Of a stretch of DNA of 63,406 nt, positions 30,417 through 41,176 are shown in pieces; the stretch's first letter is position 1, and every line of letters starts with the position of its first letter. This stretch comes from Deferribacterales bacterium (lineage in GTDB: Bacteria > Chrysiogenota > Deferribacteres > Deferribacterales > Geovibrionaceae), in the NCBI GenBank assembly GCA_050251945.1, contig JBFWLW010000014.1, forward strand, positions 1 to 63,406. The letters run 5' to 3'. The notes under the pieces were generated by a model. The model was not told where the DNA came from. It made no database searches and was given only the letters and a program-made list of their open reading frames with translations. Position numbers and translations under genes: made by a program.

Positions 30417-31549
30417 AGCCTGTCCTTGAGCAGTATTTCTCTGACCGCTGCACAAAGATACAGCGAACCGCATACGAGTATATCAGTATTTCCTGTAAGT
30501 TCAACGGCTAATTTAACGGCGTCGCGGACATTTGCGAGCTTGTTTATATCCATATTTAAGTCATTGACATCAATGCTTCTTTCATTATCCGGTATCTGTG
30601 TAGCAATTATTCTGGAAGAGATATTTTTTAATATATTTATGTGTTTTACAGCGTCTCTTTCCTTTGTGCATGAAAAGATCACAATCGGGTCTTTGCCATT
30701 ATAATGCTGAGCAAGCCTGTTCAGTCCGTCTTCATTGTGTGCGCCGTCAAGAACAAACCTGCCGAATCGCTCCATTCGGCACATAGGCAGTCTCAGGGTT
30801 TCAGGCATACCGCCTTTTTTTATGTGGTCGCAGACAGCTTCCGCCAGCCTGAGGTTATTTGAATAAGGGTCGTCATAACCGCGATAAGGTTCTTCGGAAT
30901 ACTGGGGTTCTATGATGGTCTTGTCAGAAAACTCTTCATAGACGTGGTTTCTGACTTCTTCAGTATTTCTGCCCAGAAAGAAAACCGGATTGAATTTGAT
31001 TATCGCAAGCTTTTCGTTTGCAATGGTGATGATATCGTTGCCGAGAAATTCAGTGTGATCCATTGATATACTTGTTATCACAGGAATTTTTGTATTCAGG
31101 ATGTTTGTGGAGTCAAACCGCCCGCCAAGTCCGGTTTCAATCACCGCAGTGTCGATGCCCTTTTCCTTATAGTAATAGAATGCCATGAGCGTCAGCGTTT
31201 CAAAATAGGATAGGGTATATTTTATCACGGCGTGCTCGACGGCGGAGAATACCCTGTTGAAATCAACCGGAGAGATGTCTTCGTCGTTCAGTTTTATCCG
31301 TTCCCTTACATTTAATATATGCGGTGATGTGAACAAACCTGTGGAATGCCCTCTGTGGCGGAGTATCTGGTCGATGAAATAGGAAGTGCTGCCTTTTCCG
31401 TTAGTACCTGCTATGTGTATGATGTTTTTGGCGATGTCGTCATGTATATCTAATGAATATGCCGCATTCCGTATACGGTCAAGGGTGAGTTCAAGATTCT
31501 TGAACTCACCGCGTTGTCTGAAAAATGATTCAAAAAGAGAGTGAGGCAT
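30413..31549 (-). CDS. folC: Folylpolyglutamate synthase/dihydrofolate synthase
   Basis: HIAGTNGKGS, ETGLGGRFDSTN, LDGAHN, CGSLYL. Confidence 0.93.
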   Translation of the reverse strand: MPHSLFESFFRQRGEFKNLELTLDRIRNAAYSLDIHDDIAKNIIHIAGTNGKGSTSYFIDQILRHRGHSTGLFTSPHILNVRERIKLNDEDISPVDFNRVFSAVEHAVIKYTLSYFETLTLMAFYYYKEKGIDTAVIETGLGGRFDSTNILNTKIPVITSISMDHTEFLGNDIITIANEKLAIIKFNPVFFLGRNTEEVRNHVYEEFSDKTIIEPQYSEEPYRGYDDPYSNNLRLAEAVCDHIKKGGMPETLRLPMCRMERFGRFVLDGAHNEDGLNRLAQHYNGKDPIVIFSCTKERDAVKHINILKNISSRIIATQIPDNERSIDVNDLNMDINKLANVRDAVKLAVELTGNTDILVCGSLYLCAAVREILLKDRL

Positions 31550-32400
31550 CAGCCAAAGAATTCAAGGACCTTGGATATCTCAGATTTCCAGTCCTGTCTG
31601 TGGAGAACCATGTCCACCATTCCGTGTTCAAGAAGGAATTCTGAACGCTGGAACCCTTCGGGAAGGGTCTGGCGGATGGTCTGTTCGATAACTCTGGGTC
31701 CCGCAAAGCAGATAAGCGCGCCCGGTTCGGCAATGTTAATGTCGCCGAGCATTGCATAACTGGCGGTGACGCCGCCTGTTGTGGGGTCAGTGAGCAGGGA
31801 TATATGTCCAAGTCCCTTCTGACGCAGTTTCACGAGTGCCGCAGACGTTTTTGCCATCTGCATGAGAGACAGTATGCTCTCCTGCATCCTTGCTCCGCCT
31901 GAGCAGCTTATAGTAATGACATGTGTGTTCTTTTCAATAGCGCTTTCGATAAGTCTGACTATCTTTTCGCCGACAACACTGCCCATGCTACCGCCGAGGA
32001 AGCCGAACTCTATGCCGCCGATATGTACGGGTTTGTCGTTGATGCGGGCTATGCCTGAGACGAAAGCATCGTTCATGCCTGTTTTTTTCACAGCGGCTTT
32101 AATTCTGTCCTGATATTTTTTAGAGTCTTTGAATTTGAGCGGGTCGAGCGATTTCAGGTTTTCGTCGATCTCCTGAAATGTACCGGGATCTATGATAATG
32201 TCGATCTTTTCCCTTACTGTGATAGGAAAGTGCTTCCCGCACTTGGGGCAAGTCTGGAGAGCTTTGGTTACCTCTTTGTGGTAGTTGATCTCTCCGCATC
32301 CGCTGCATTTCATCCAGAGCTTTTCGTCAATTTCCTTCCTCTGCTGGTCAGGACTATTAACTTTCTGGACTTTATCGCGTAAAAAATCTCTGATGCCCAT
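31549..32400 (-). CDS. accD: Acetyl-CoA carboxylase carboxyltransferase beta subunit
   Basis: C4 zinc finger, GGSMGSVVGEK, SGGARMQE, FAGPRVIEQT. Confidence 0.96.
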   Translation of the reverse strand: MGIRDFLRDKVQKVNSPDQQRKEIDEKLWMKCSGCGEINYHKEVTKALQTCPKCGKHFPITVREKIDIIIDPGTFQEIDENLKSLDPLKFKDSKKYQDRIKAAVKKTGMNDAFVSGIARINDKPVHIGGIEFGFLGGSMGSVVGEKIVRLIESAIEKNTHVITISCSGGARMQESILSLMQMAKTSAALVKLRQKGLGHISLLTDPTTGGVTASYAMLGDINIAEPGALICFAGPRVIEQTIRQTLPEGFQRSEFLLEHGMVDMVLHRQDWKSEISKVLEFFG

Positions 32401-32498
32401 ATTTTCTCCGTGTTTCTGTGTCAATTAACCATAATGAAGACGGTATCTGAAAGTTGAATAATAAAACTGTTCCCTTTTTTTTGCAAACGTTTTCTTTT

Positions 32499-33116
32499 TT
32501 ACCTGTAAATATGGAAGGCTTGCCTATATCGTGTGAATAACTGCGCAGGTGTGCATATGTTTTCGTTGGTCAATTTCTTCAAACAGATACAAAGGAGCAG
32601 TGCTGTGTGAGCTGCGTCAAATAGTGCGCGGTGGCGGTAAGAATCGGGAAGTGGAATTTTCATGTCGAAATGATGTATAAGATTATCAAGGGAATAGCTC
32701 TTAAGTCCTTTTTCAGCCGCCCTTGATAATTTTACAGTATCAATTACACATCTGAGGTTAACAGGCAGTCCCTTTTCCTCCATGTGGTGTGTCAGAAAAG
32801 CATAGTCGAACCCTGCGTTGTGGGCGGCGGCCACGCTTTCCCCCGCAAATTCGAGAAATTGCGGAAGCACTTGATAAGCTTCCGGTTTATCCGCTACCAT
32901 GCGTGTGTTTATGCCATGAATGGCATACGCCTGATAAGGAATATCGGTTTTGGGATTTATAAGCGAGCTGAACGTATCCTGCAGGTCGATAACAAGTCCG
33001 GGTTTAACTTTGACAGCGGCTATTTCCACCAGCCTTGCACCCTTTTGCGGTGACATGCCTGTGGTTTCGGTGTCAAACACCGTAAATGTCATCTCCGAAA
33101 AGGGGGTATCACGCAT
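32499..33116 (-). CDS. DEDDh 3'-5' exonuclease (Pol III epsilon-like)
   Basis: VFDTETTG, AHNAGFD, HRALFDA. Confidence 0.9.
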   Translation of the reverse strand: MRDTPFSEMTFTVFDTETTGMSPQKGARLVEIAAVKVKPGLVIDLQDTFSSLINPKTDIPYQAYAIHGINTRMVADKPEAYQVLPQFLEFAGESVAAAHNAGFDYAFLTHHMEEKGLPVNLRCVIDTVKLSRAAEKGLKSYSLDNLIHHFDMKIPLPDSYRHRALFDAAHTALLLCICLKKLTNENICTPAQLFTRYRQAFHIYR

Positions 33117-33915
33117 CGTAACACTCGAAAAGTTTTATGAAATCCGCAACGGTCATCTGTTCCCCGCGGATGTTCTGCGCAAGTCCGGCTTTTTCCAGTA
33201 TTTCTTCTATATTCTCAATGGTTTTCATGAGATTATTCTTAAGCGTTTTGCGCTTGAGAACGAAGGAGCTGCGTACCATATTCAGAAATCGTTTCTCCCG
33301 CTCAGGCTCGAAATAGCGCTCTCTTGGGTAAAACTCCAGAACGGTTGAACGCACTTTTGTATTTGGCCAGAACTGACCGCCGGATATATCTTTCAGCTTT
33401 TTCATTGTAAAGTAATAGGAAGATATTACAGACAGAGAAGAGTATTCTTTGCAGTTAGGTTTAGCGTTAATTCTGTCCGCAACTTCCTTTTGGAACATAA
33501 AGGTCATTTTTTCTATGCGGTGAAAGAACTTTACGCAGTGCATCAGTATCTCCACCGAAACGTTGTACGGCAGGTTTCCTGCGAAGGCTATTTTGCCTTC
33601 GGGAAGCTGTGACTCTTCTATAAGCATAAAGTCAGAGTGTATCAGCTTAAATTTCGGATAGATGAAAAGATAGCGGGGCAGGAATTTTGCGAGGTCTTCG
33701 TCTATTTCGACAGATGTAACGCTGACACCTTTTTCAAGCATGGCGATGGTAAGCACGCCGCACCCGGGGCCTATCTCCAGAACGTTTTTACATTCCGCGT
33801 CAGCGAGTGACTGGGCAATGTCTTCAATAGTGTGTCTGCTGGTCAGAAAGTGCTGACCGAACTTCTTTTTCGTATATCCGTATTCGTTCTTATAAATATC
33901 AAGCAAGTCGAGCAT
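33109..33915 (-). CDS. rsmA: 16S rRNA m6,2A dimethyltransferase
   Basis: KKKFGQHFL, EIGPGCG, GNLPYN, MFQKEVA. Confidence 0.94.
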   Translation of the reverse strand: MLDLLDIYKNEYGYTKKKFGQHFLTSRHTIEDIAQSLADAECKNVLEIGPGCGVLTIAMLEKGVSVTSVEIDEDLAKFLPRYLFIYPKFKLIHSDFMLIEESQLPEGKIAFAGNLPYNVSVEILMHCVKFFHRIEKMTFMFQKEVADRINAKPNCKEYSSLSVISSYYFTMKKLKDISGGQFWPNTKVRSTVLEFYPRERYFEPEREKRFLNMVRSSFVLKRKTLKNNLMKTIENIEEILEKAGLAQNIRGEQMTVADFIKLFECYDA

Positions 33916-34861
33916 TTTTCACCATTTCCGCCGCCACTTCGGAGGCTCTTTTTATGCTGGTGCAGGAGGCTATGCCTTTTCCGGCAATGTCAAATGCCGT
34001 GCCGTGGTCAACCGACGTCCTTATTATGGGCAGGTTGAGCGTTACGTTGACTGCGTTGCCGAAGGATTCCATTTTAACGGGAATAAGCCCCTGATCGTGG
34101 TACATTACCACAACGAAATCATATTCTCCTTTTGCCGCCTTAACAAACAGAGAATCGGCTGGAAATGGACCTTCGACGTTGATTCCTTCCGCCTGTGCAA
34201 TTTCGACCACAGGTGATATGAGAGTTATCTCCTCGTCGCCCAGTGCGCCGTGATCGCCCGCATGGGGATTCAATCCGCATACGGCTATTTTGGGTCTGCG
34301 CTTTCCGCAGAAGAACTGTCCGGCTGCGTCCGCGTTGAGTATTGCGTTCATTATCGCTTTTTCATCAAGCTTTTCCACGAGATGTTCCATGGGAACGTGG
34401 GTGGTGGCAAGCACACAGCGCACCTTGTCGCCCACCATCAGCATGGAGAAGTGTTTTGATTTCGTCAGATACCCCAGAAACTCTGTATGTCCGGGGAAGT
34501 CATATCCGCCTTCTCTGATGGAGGCTTTGTTTATCGGACAGGTAACGACTGCGTCGGCTTCTCCGTTCTGTACCATGCGCACCGCTTTTTCCACGAACAG
34601 CATGGAAGCTTTTCCGTATTCGGGTTTTATTTCGCCGTATTCTATGCCGAACGTGAGCTTCTCGTCAGGCTCGACAATGATAAGGTCGGGCATCGGTCTT
34701 TTCAGCAGTGTTTCAAAAGTGTGTCTTATGATATATTCATAGGATACAAGAATAATTTCATATTCATCGTTCTCTTTGATGTTTTCCGCAAATTTGCATG
34801 CGATCTCCGCACCTATGCCTGCGGGGTCGCCTGTTGTTATGGCAAGTTTTATCTTTTTCAT
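33899..34861 (-). CDS. pdxA: 4-hydroxythreonine-4-phosphate dehydrogenase
   Basis: GDPAGIG, FPGHTEFL, GLNPHAG, MYHDQG, RTSVDHGTAFDIAG. Confidence 0.95.
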   Translation of the reverse strand: MKKIKLAITTGDPAGIGAEIACKFAENIKENDEYEIILVSYEYIIRHTFETLLKRPMPDLIIVEPDEKLTFGIEYGEIKPEYGKASMLFVEKAVRMVQNGEADAVVTCPINKASIREGGYDFPGHTEFLGYLTKSKHFSMLMVGDKVRCVLATTHVPMEHLVEKLDEKAIMNAILNADAAGQFFCGKRRPKIAVCGLNPHAGDHGALGDEEITLISPVVEIAQAEGINVEGPFPADSLFVKAAKGEYDFVVVMYHDQGLIPVKMESFGNAVNVTLNLPIIRTSVDHGTAFDIAGKGIASCTSIKRASEVAAEMVKNARLA

Positions 34862-35015
34862 AACCGGAAGGATATAGCATCCGCCACCTTGTTTCAAGAG
34901 TTAAAAACTTGCACAAAAATATCAGCTAAATATTATATGTATTATTTGAAATGAAAGACAAAAGTCTGTAAGATAGAGCGCCCGATGGTTATGCGACAGA
35001 AGGTAAGGAGATAAA

Positions 35016-37853
35016 ATGCCCCAGCTTACTAAGAACATATTCGATGAGCTTACGGAGAATATCCGAGGCGAAGTATATACAGATGCGGTGCGGAGATATC
35101 TGCACTCCACCGACGGATCCATATTCAGAGTTGAACCCGCCTGCGTAGTCTACCCGAAAGACACTTCAGACGTCGTTGAAACGGTGCGATTCGCAAATAA
35201 ATACGGATTGTCCGTCCACTCAAGAGGTGCCGGTTCAGGTCTCTGCGGCTCCTCAATAGGCAGAGGAATAATCATAGATTTTGCGAAATTCATGAACAAA
35301 CTTATAGATATAGATGAAGAACAGAAAGCGTTCGTTTGCCAGCCCGGATACAGATTCGGCGAGCTTGAGGTTGAGCTTAAAGGCAAAGGACTCTTTTTTC
35401 CGCCGGATCCTTCCAGCGGCGAATATGCCACCTTCGGCGGGATGTTCGGTACAAACGCCAGCGGCGCGCACTCCGTTAAATACGGCAACGTATCCGATTA
35501 TATAGAGGATGCCGAGTTTGTCACGGCAGAGGGCAAGGTTTATACTTTCAGCCAGATAGCAGGTACCGATTATGACAGCCTTGACGAACCTTTCAGAAAA
35601 CTTTTCGATCTTTACAGCGACAACAGGGACAAAATAGAGAACGGTTATCCCGCAATCCGCTTCAACGTGGCAGGATACAACCTTAAAAGCCTTGTGGACA
35701 GCGGAAAACTGACGCTGGGCAAACTCATCGGCGGTTCCGAAGGGACGCTGGTCATAACAACCAGCCTGAAATTCAGACTGCTGAAAAAACCGTCTCACGA
35801 CAGCCTTGTGGTTGCGTATTTTGACAATATAATCAATTCCGCAAAGGCGACGCAGGCTATTTTGCCGCTTAACCCCGCAGGAATTGAGATAATGGATAAG
35901 TCGCTTCTTAAATTTGCGAAGGAGTTCGACGAAAAGCTTAACGAAGCGATACCGGACGGCTACGACAACGTTTGTATGTTCGAGTTCGACGGCTTTTCGG
36001 AAGAGGAGACCACAGAGCTTGCGGATCGTGCGAAAGCGATACTGAAAGAACAGAATCTTTCACCGCTTATGCATACTGCGGCGACAAACGAGGAGAAGGA
36101 ACAGTTTTGGGCAGTGCGCAAAGCGGCAGTGCCGATACTGTATAAGATAAAGGGCGACCGCAAGATTCTCGCATTGATAGAGGATGCGGCTGTTCCCACC
36201 GATAAGCTTGTGGAATATTTCGAGGGTCTTTACGAGATACTCGAACGCCACGAGGCGAAGTTTGTCATCTACGGTCACATAGCAAAAGGGCTTCTGCACA
36301 CCAGACCCCTGCTCGATCTTAAAGACCCGCACGATATAGAGCTTCTGCGTGTTCTCGGTGACGAAGTGTTCGGACTGGTAAACCGTCTCGGCGGAGCAAT
36401 CAGCGGCGAACACGGCGACGGCAGGCTGCGCAGTAAGTACATCAAGAAGCAGTACGGTTCGCTTTACGATGTGTTCATGGAAACGAAGAACATACTGGAC
36501 AGCGGGCATATGCTGAATCCCGAAATAAAAACCCAGCACGACGAAAACCAGATGATGAAGTTTCTGCGCTACGGAAAGGATTACCGGAGCGAAGACATAC
36601 AGAGCAAAAACCTTAACTGGGCTGAGGGGTTTGTTACGGAGGCTGAGAAATGCCACGGTTGTTCAAAATGTACCACAGTGACCTCCGCAACAAGGATGTG
36701 TCCGGTATATAAGATAACCCGCGACGAATATTCCGCACCGAAGGCAAAGGCTAACATTCTGCGCGCTCTCATAAGCGGCGCCGTGGACGACAGGGCGCTT
36801 TACGAAGAGGCGCTGCAGGAGGTCATAAGCCACTGTGTGAACTGCGGGAGCTGTCACATCGAGTGTCCCTCTGCGGTGAACATCCCGAAACTGAGCATCG
36901 AGGCTAAATCCCAGTATACGGAGCGTTTCGGCGTACCGATGAAAGACAGGATACCCACCAGACTTGAAAACATGGGGCGCAGTCTGCGCAAAGTGACGTG
37001 GATGCTCGAACCTGTTATGAAACATAAACTCGCCAGAAACATCATGGAGATAGTTTCAGGCATCTCCGCCGAAAGAGAGTTCATGCCGCTGGCGAAGAAC
37101 TCGCTTTATGACAGGGTGAAAGACCGTTCCAGACTGAAAAGCGACCGCAAAGTGCTTTACTTTGCCGGATGCTACGCAAGCTACGTCCGCCCGCAGATAG
37201 GCGAGGCGATGATAAGGGTTCTTGAGGCGGCAGGTATAGAAGTATTGGTTCCCGAACAGCACTGCTGCGGTATTCCACACCTTTCAAAAGGTCTTGTGGA
37301 CGGCGCAAAGGATAAGGTTGACCAGAACCGCAAAAGCTGGGGCAGTCTCCTCGACGAGGTTGACTACGTTGTCACAACCTGCACATCGTGCGGTCTGTCC
37401 CTTTACAAAGAGTGGGGATTCCTCCGTGACGACGATTTCACTGCAAAGGTCAAAAGCAAGCTGATACACATCAGTACACTTGTAAATATGAATATGGACA
37501 GGCTTGAGTTCAACGAAAACAAGCTCAGTCTGGCTTACCATAAGTCCTGCCACATGCGCGCACTGCCCGACAACGGCAGTTCGATGAAGATGCTGTCCTG
37601 TCTGAAAGGTGCTGTCGTTGAGGATCTGGCAAGCAACTGCTGCGGTATGGCTGGAAGCTGGGGCATGAAGGCTGACAACTACGACCTCAGTACGAAGATA
37701 GGAACGCCGATGACAGACAAACTGAAGGCAAGCGGCGCGGATATCGGCGTAACGGACTGCCCGACATGTACCATCCAGATGGAGCATATGAGCATGAAAG
37801 AGGTAAAGCATCCCATTGAGGTGATGGCGGAATGTTTAAAAATAGCAAACTGA
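35016..37853 (+). CDS. FAD-linked oxidase fused to [4Fe-4S] and CCG domains (GlcD/GlcF-type 2-hydroxyacid dehydrogenase)
   Basis: GSEGTL, ISGEHGDG, CHGCSKC, CVNCGSCHIECP, two CCG motifs. Confidence 0.88.
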   Translation: MPQLTKNIFDELTENIRGEVYTDAVRRYLHSTDGSIFRVEPACVVYPKDTSDVVETVRFANKYGLSVHSRGAGSGLCGSSIGRGIIIDFAKFMNKLIDIDEEQKAFVCQPGYRFGELEVELKGKGLFFPPDPSSGEYATFGGMFGTNASGAHSVKYGNVSDYIEDAEFVTAEGKVYTFSQIAGTDYDSLDEPFRKLFDLYSDNRDKIENGYPAIRFNVAGYNLKSLVDSGKLTLGKLIGGSEGTLVITTSLKFRLLKKPSHDSLVVAYFDNIINSAKATQAILPLNPAGIEIMDKSLLKFAKEFDEKLNEAIPDGYDNVCMFEFDGFSEEETTELADRAKAILKEQNLSPLMHTAATNEEKEQFWAVRKAAVPILYKIKGDRKILALIEDAAVPTDKLVEYFEGLYEILERHEAKFVIYGHIAKGLLHTRPLLDLKDPHDIELLRVLGDEVFGLVNRLGGAISGEHGDGRLRSKYIKKQYGSLYDVFMETKNILDSGHMLNPEIKTQHDENQMMKFLRYGKDYRSEDIQSKNLNWAEGFVTEAEKCHGCSKCTTVTSATRMCPVYKITRDEYSAPKAKANILRALISGAVDDRALYEEALQEVISHCVNCGSCHIECPSAVNIPKLSIEAKSQYTERFGVPMKDRIPTRLENMGRSLRKVTWMLEPVMKHKLARNIMEIVSGISAEREFMPLAKNSLYDRVKDRSRLKSDRKVLYFAGCYASYVRPQIGEAMIRVLEAAGIEVLVPEQHCCGIPHLSKGLVDGAKDKVDQNRKSWGSLLDEVDYVVTTCTSCGLSLYKEWGFLRDDDFTAKVKSKLIHISTLVNMNMDRLEFNENKLSLAYHKSCHMRALPDNGSSMKMLSCLKGAVVEDLASNCCGMAGSWGMKADNYDLSTKIGTPMTDKLKASGADIGVTDCPTCTIQMEHMSMKEVKHPIEVMAECLKIAN

Positions 37854-39046
37854 TACTTGTAATTGCATTTTTCTGTGCTTCTCTGGCGTATGCCGGAGAC
37901 GACGACTACATCCTCGGGCTGAACGCGTTCGGCGACGGGCTTTATTCCATCGCGGCACCTGCGCTGGAAAAATACCTCAAAGGCGGTCAGGACGTACAGA
38001 AACGCAATTATTCAAAATATCTTCTATATAAGACATATATGAAACAGGGAAAAACTGCCGACGCGCAGAAGTACCTGAGAGAAATAGCGGACGTGGACGA
38101 TTCGCGCTTTGACAAGGTTCAGATGTCAGCGGACAACATGTCCATCCTTACGTCAACCGACTGCGCAAAGGCTTCCTCTTTTGCTGCGGGACACCCGCAG
38201 GACGCGGTTTTTGAGGCTTATCTGAATTCAAAATGCTCTGTTGACGATAATCTTTTTAAGGCGATGCTTGACGGATCCAAAAGCGAATCTGTCCGGATGA
38301 AGCTCGTTTCAAAATTTACCGATAAACCGGAGATGGTGAACAGGGTGTTCGATTCAACTCCTCTGTCCACTCTGTCTGCGTCTTCAAAACGCTATTTCGG
38401 AGTATTTTTTTACAGGCAGAAGGATTTTGTCCGTTTCGACAAGGTGAAGGCAGACTATATGGATGCTGACCTTGCGGGGCTTGAACTTGACAGATACTGG
38501 GTCAAGGGCGACAAACAGGGATACATGGACAGGTTTGCCGCGCTTAACGCAAAACACGACATAACGGGCGCCCCGGTGTGCCGCGCTATAGAGCTTTACA
38601 ACGAAGCGGGCAGGGATTTTGACTGCAGCCTTGTGAATAAGTGTATAACAGAATATACGGTTGAATTCGTAAAGGTGAAAGGTGCTTGCGTGGCGGGCAA
38701 AAAAGATGCTAAAGCCATGACAGCGTTTGCCGATTCGCTGGGTACGAAGATATTTTCCGGTCTGTGCGGTTACGGCGAATTTATATTTGCAAACTCACTG
38801 TACACCGGTGAAAAGGAATCAAAATTTGCCGCTTGCGACAATAAGTTCCACATAGCGGACGTTATGGCGCAGAAGCGCAACTATAAAGGGCTTGTGAACA
38901 TGTTCAAAGGCGGTTCAGACGATATGGACAGGTATTACACTGCCATAGGCTACGCCGGACTGGGCAAAAAGAAAGAGTCCGCAGACACGGCGGCAAAGAT
39001 AAAAGATACCTATCTCAGATCAAAGCTTTCAGGAGCTGCTAAATGA
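37832..39046 (+). CDS. Exported Cys-rich helical (TPR-like) hypothetical protein
   Basis: Signal peptide, long ORF overlapping both neighbours. Confidence 0.7.
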   Translation: MFKNSKLILVIAFFCASLAYAGDDDYILGLNAFGDGLYSIAAPALEKYLKGGQDVQKRNYSKYLLYKTYMKQGKTADAQKYLREIADVDDSRFDKVQMSADNMSILTSTDCAKASSFAAGHPQDAVFEAYLNSKCSVDDNLFKAMLDGSKSESVRMKLVSKFTDKPEMVNRVFDSTPLSTLSASSKRYFGVFFYRQKDFVRFDKVKADYMDADLAGLELDRYWVKGDKQGYMDRFAALNAKHDITGAPVCRAIELYNEAGRDFDCSLVNKCITEYTVEFVKVKGACVAGKKDAKAMTAFADSLGTKIFSGLCGYGEFIFANSLYTGEKESKFAACDNKFHIADVMAQKRNYKGLVNMFKGGSDDMDRYYTAIGYAGLGKKKESADTAAKIKDTYLRSKLSGAAK

Positions 39047-39756
39047 AAAGGTTTCTGATACTGCTGGCGGTTATTGCCGTTGCGGGATACGGTGTTTACT
39101 ACACCTTCACATCGAAAAGCTACGAGCTTTCCCGCGAGGCGGAGAAACTTTATAACGAAGGTAAATACCGCGAGGCATACGGTCTTGCGGATGAAGCGCT
39201 TAACCTTAACAAGCTGAACAGAAAAGCTATCGCACTGCGTCCGAAACTGCGGCGTATCGTTGAGGGTGAAGACATGCTTAACGAGGCTAAGACCCTTTAT
39301 GAAGACGGGGTAAACCTTGGGCTTGAAGGCAAAGTGGATGAAGCCAAGTTGAAATTGTCCAGAGCTTATAAAATTGCTACGGATATTCCCGGGCTTTCCC
39401 CTTCAAAACCGGAAGCTAAGGAACTGATGAAAAAGATAAACCGCGATACTGAACTTATAATTGAGCGCGGACCCGAAGTTCAGTACCGCGAGGCTATGAA
39501 ATATGTCGGCGGCGGCGATCTGACGCGGGCTTACGAAGCGCTCGGCAACATTGACCCGCAGAACGAGAAGATACAGCGCAAACGGAGCGAACTTGCTTAC
39601 CAGATAGGTATGCAGAGATATGAATCCGTTATCAGCGGTATGGGTAATAAGGGCATTGCTCAGGACGGAATCTATTGGTTCTCTGCCGTTCAGCAGTTCG
39701 ACGAGAACTACGCGGACGCGCAATATAAAATATCAGAGCTTAAAAGGCTTAAATAG
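39043..39756 (+). CDS. Membrane-anchored TPR-like hypothetical protein
   Basis: N-terminal TM helix followed by helical repeats. Confidence 0.7.
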   Translation: MKRFLILLAVIAVAGYGVYYTFTSKSYELSREAEKLYNEGKYREAYGLADEALNLNKLNRKAIALRPKLRRIVEGEDMLNEAKTLYEDGVNLGLEGKVDEAKLKLSRAYKIATDIPGLSPSKPEAKELMKKINRDTELIIERGPEVQYREAMKYVGGGDLTRAYEALGNIDPQNEKIQRKRSELAYQIGMQRYESVISGMGNKGIAQDGIYWFSAVQQFDENYADAQYKISELKRLK

Positions 39757-39763
39757 GTGACAG

Positions 39764-41176
39764 ATGTCATTGTATGATTTTTCAGGGGCGAAGGTGCTTG
39801 TCGCAGGAGACCTTATGCTGGACAGGTACCATTTCGGTTCCGTTTCCCGCATCTCTCCGGAGGCTCCGGTTCCCGTTGTAAATGTTAAAAGAACAACACA
39901 GACACTTGGCGGGTCCGGCAACGTTGTCAACAACATTGCCCATCTGGGAGCAGGTGCGGTTATGATGGGCGTTTGGGGAGAGGATGCCGACGCGCAGATA
40001 CTCAAAGGCATGATGGACAGCATAAACATAGAATGTGACATGCTTGTAACTGATGCACCCACAACCACCAAACTTCGCGTGATAGGCGAAAAACAGCAGA
40101 TAGTCAGGCTCGACTTTGAAGAAGTTACTCCGCTCACCCGCGAACAGGCAGGTGTTGTCTCCACACGCGTTAAAGAACATATAAAAACATGCGGAGCGAT
40201 TGTAATATCCGATTACGGCAAGGGTTTCTGCACTCTGGACGTGTGCGAGGAGATAATCCGTCTGGCGGAGATACATCACATACCAGTGATAGTTGACCCG
40301 AAAGGCAGCGACTGGCGCAAATATGCCGGAGCAACCACGGTTACGCCGAACGTTAAAGAGCTTGCAGAGGCAGTGGGCAGATACGTTCCCAACGAGGACG
40401 AGGCTATAGTTCTTGCCGCACGCGAGATAATTGACAGAGTTCGTCTTAAATATCTGATAGTTACCAGAAGTGAAAAAGGTATCACCGTTGTCGATGGCAG
40501 TGACTTCATGCACTTTCCGACACAGGCGAAAGAGGTTTTCGATGTATCAGGTGCGGGCGACACTGTTGTGGCTTCGCTTGCGCTTGCGCTTGCGAAGGGT
40601 TTTTCACTGAAGGATGCGGTCACTGTTGCGAACAGGGCAGCGGGTATTGTTGTCGCGAAGATAGGAACTGCTCCTGTTCTGCTTTCAGAGCTGAACAGCT
40701 CTCACGATGTGAAATCAAAGCTTATGCCCCTTGACGCACTGCTCATTGAGCTTGAAAAAGCGCGTATTACAGGCAGAAAAATAGTTTTCACCAACGGATG
40801 TTTCGATATACTGCACAAAGGGCATGTTACATACCTGAAAAAAGCCGCGGAAATGGGTGATATACTTGTTCTGGGACTTAACAGCAACGATTCCATCCAC
40901 AGGATAAAAGGACCTGAACGTCCTATAAACAACGAGAACGACAGAGCCGAGGTTCTGGCGGCACTTGAAAGTATCAGCTATATTACCATATTTGATGAAG
41001 ACACCCCCAAAAAACTCATAAAGGCGATAGCGCCGGACATACTTGTCAAAGGCGCGGATTACAAAGTTGAAGAGGTTGTGGGCAGGGAGTTTGCAAAGAA
41101 AACGGTTCTTATAGATTTTGTGCAGGGATATTCCACCACATCAGTAATTAAAGCTATGCAAGGAGATAAGAAATGA
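39764..41176 (+). CDS. hldE: Bifunctional heptose-7-P kinase / heptose-1-P adenylyltransferase
   Basis: RISPEAPVPV, DVSGAGDT, FTNGCFDILHKGH. Confidence 0.95.
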   Translation: MSLYDFSGAKVLVAGDLMLDRYHFGSVSRISPEAPVPVVNVKRTTQTLGGSGNVVNNIAHLGAGAVMMGVWGEDADAQILKGMMDSINIECDMLVTDAPTTTKLRVIGEKQQIVRLDFEEVTPLTREQAGVVSTRVKEHIKTCGAIVISDYGKGFCTLDVCEEIIRLAEIHHIPVIVDPKGSDWRKYAGATTVTPNVKELAEAVGRYVPNEDEAIVLAAREIIDRVRLKYLIVTRSEKGITVVDGSDFMHFPTQAKEVFDVSGAGDTVVASLALALAKGFSLKDAVTVANRAAGIVVAKIGTAPVLLSELNSSHDVKSKLMPLDALLIELEKARITGRKIVFTNGCFDILHKGHVTYLKKAAEMGDILVLGLNSNDSIHRIKGPERPINNENDRAEVLAALESISYITIFDEDTPKKLIKAIAPDILVKGADYKVEEVVGREFAKKTVLIDFVQGYSTTSVIKAMQGDKK

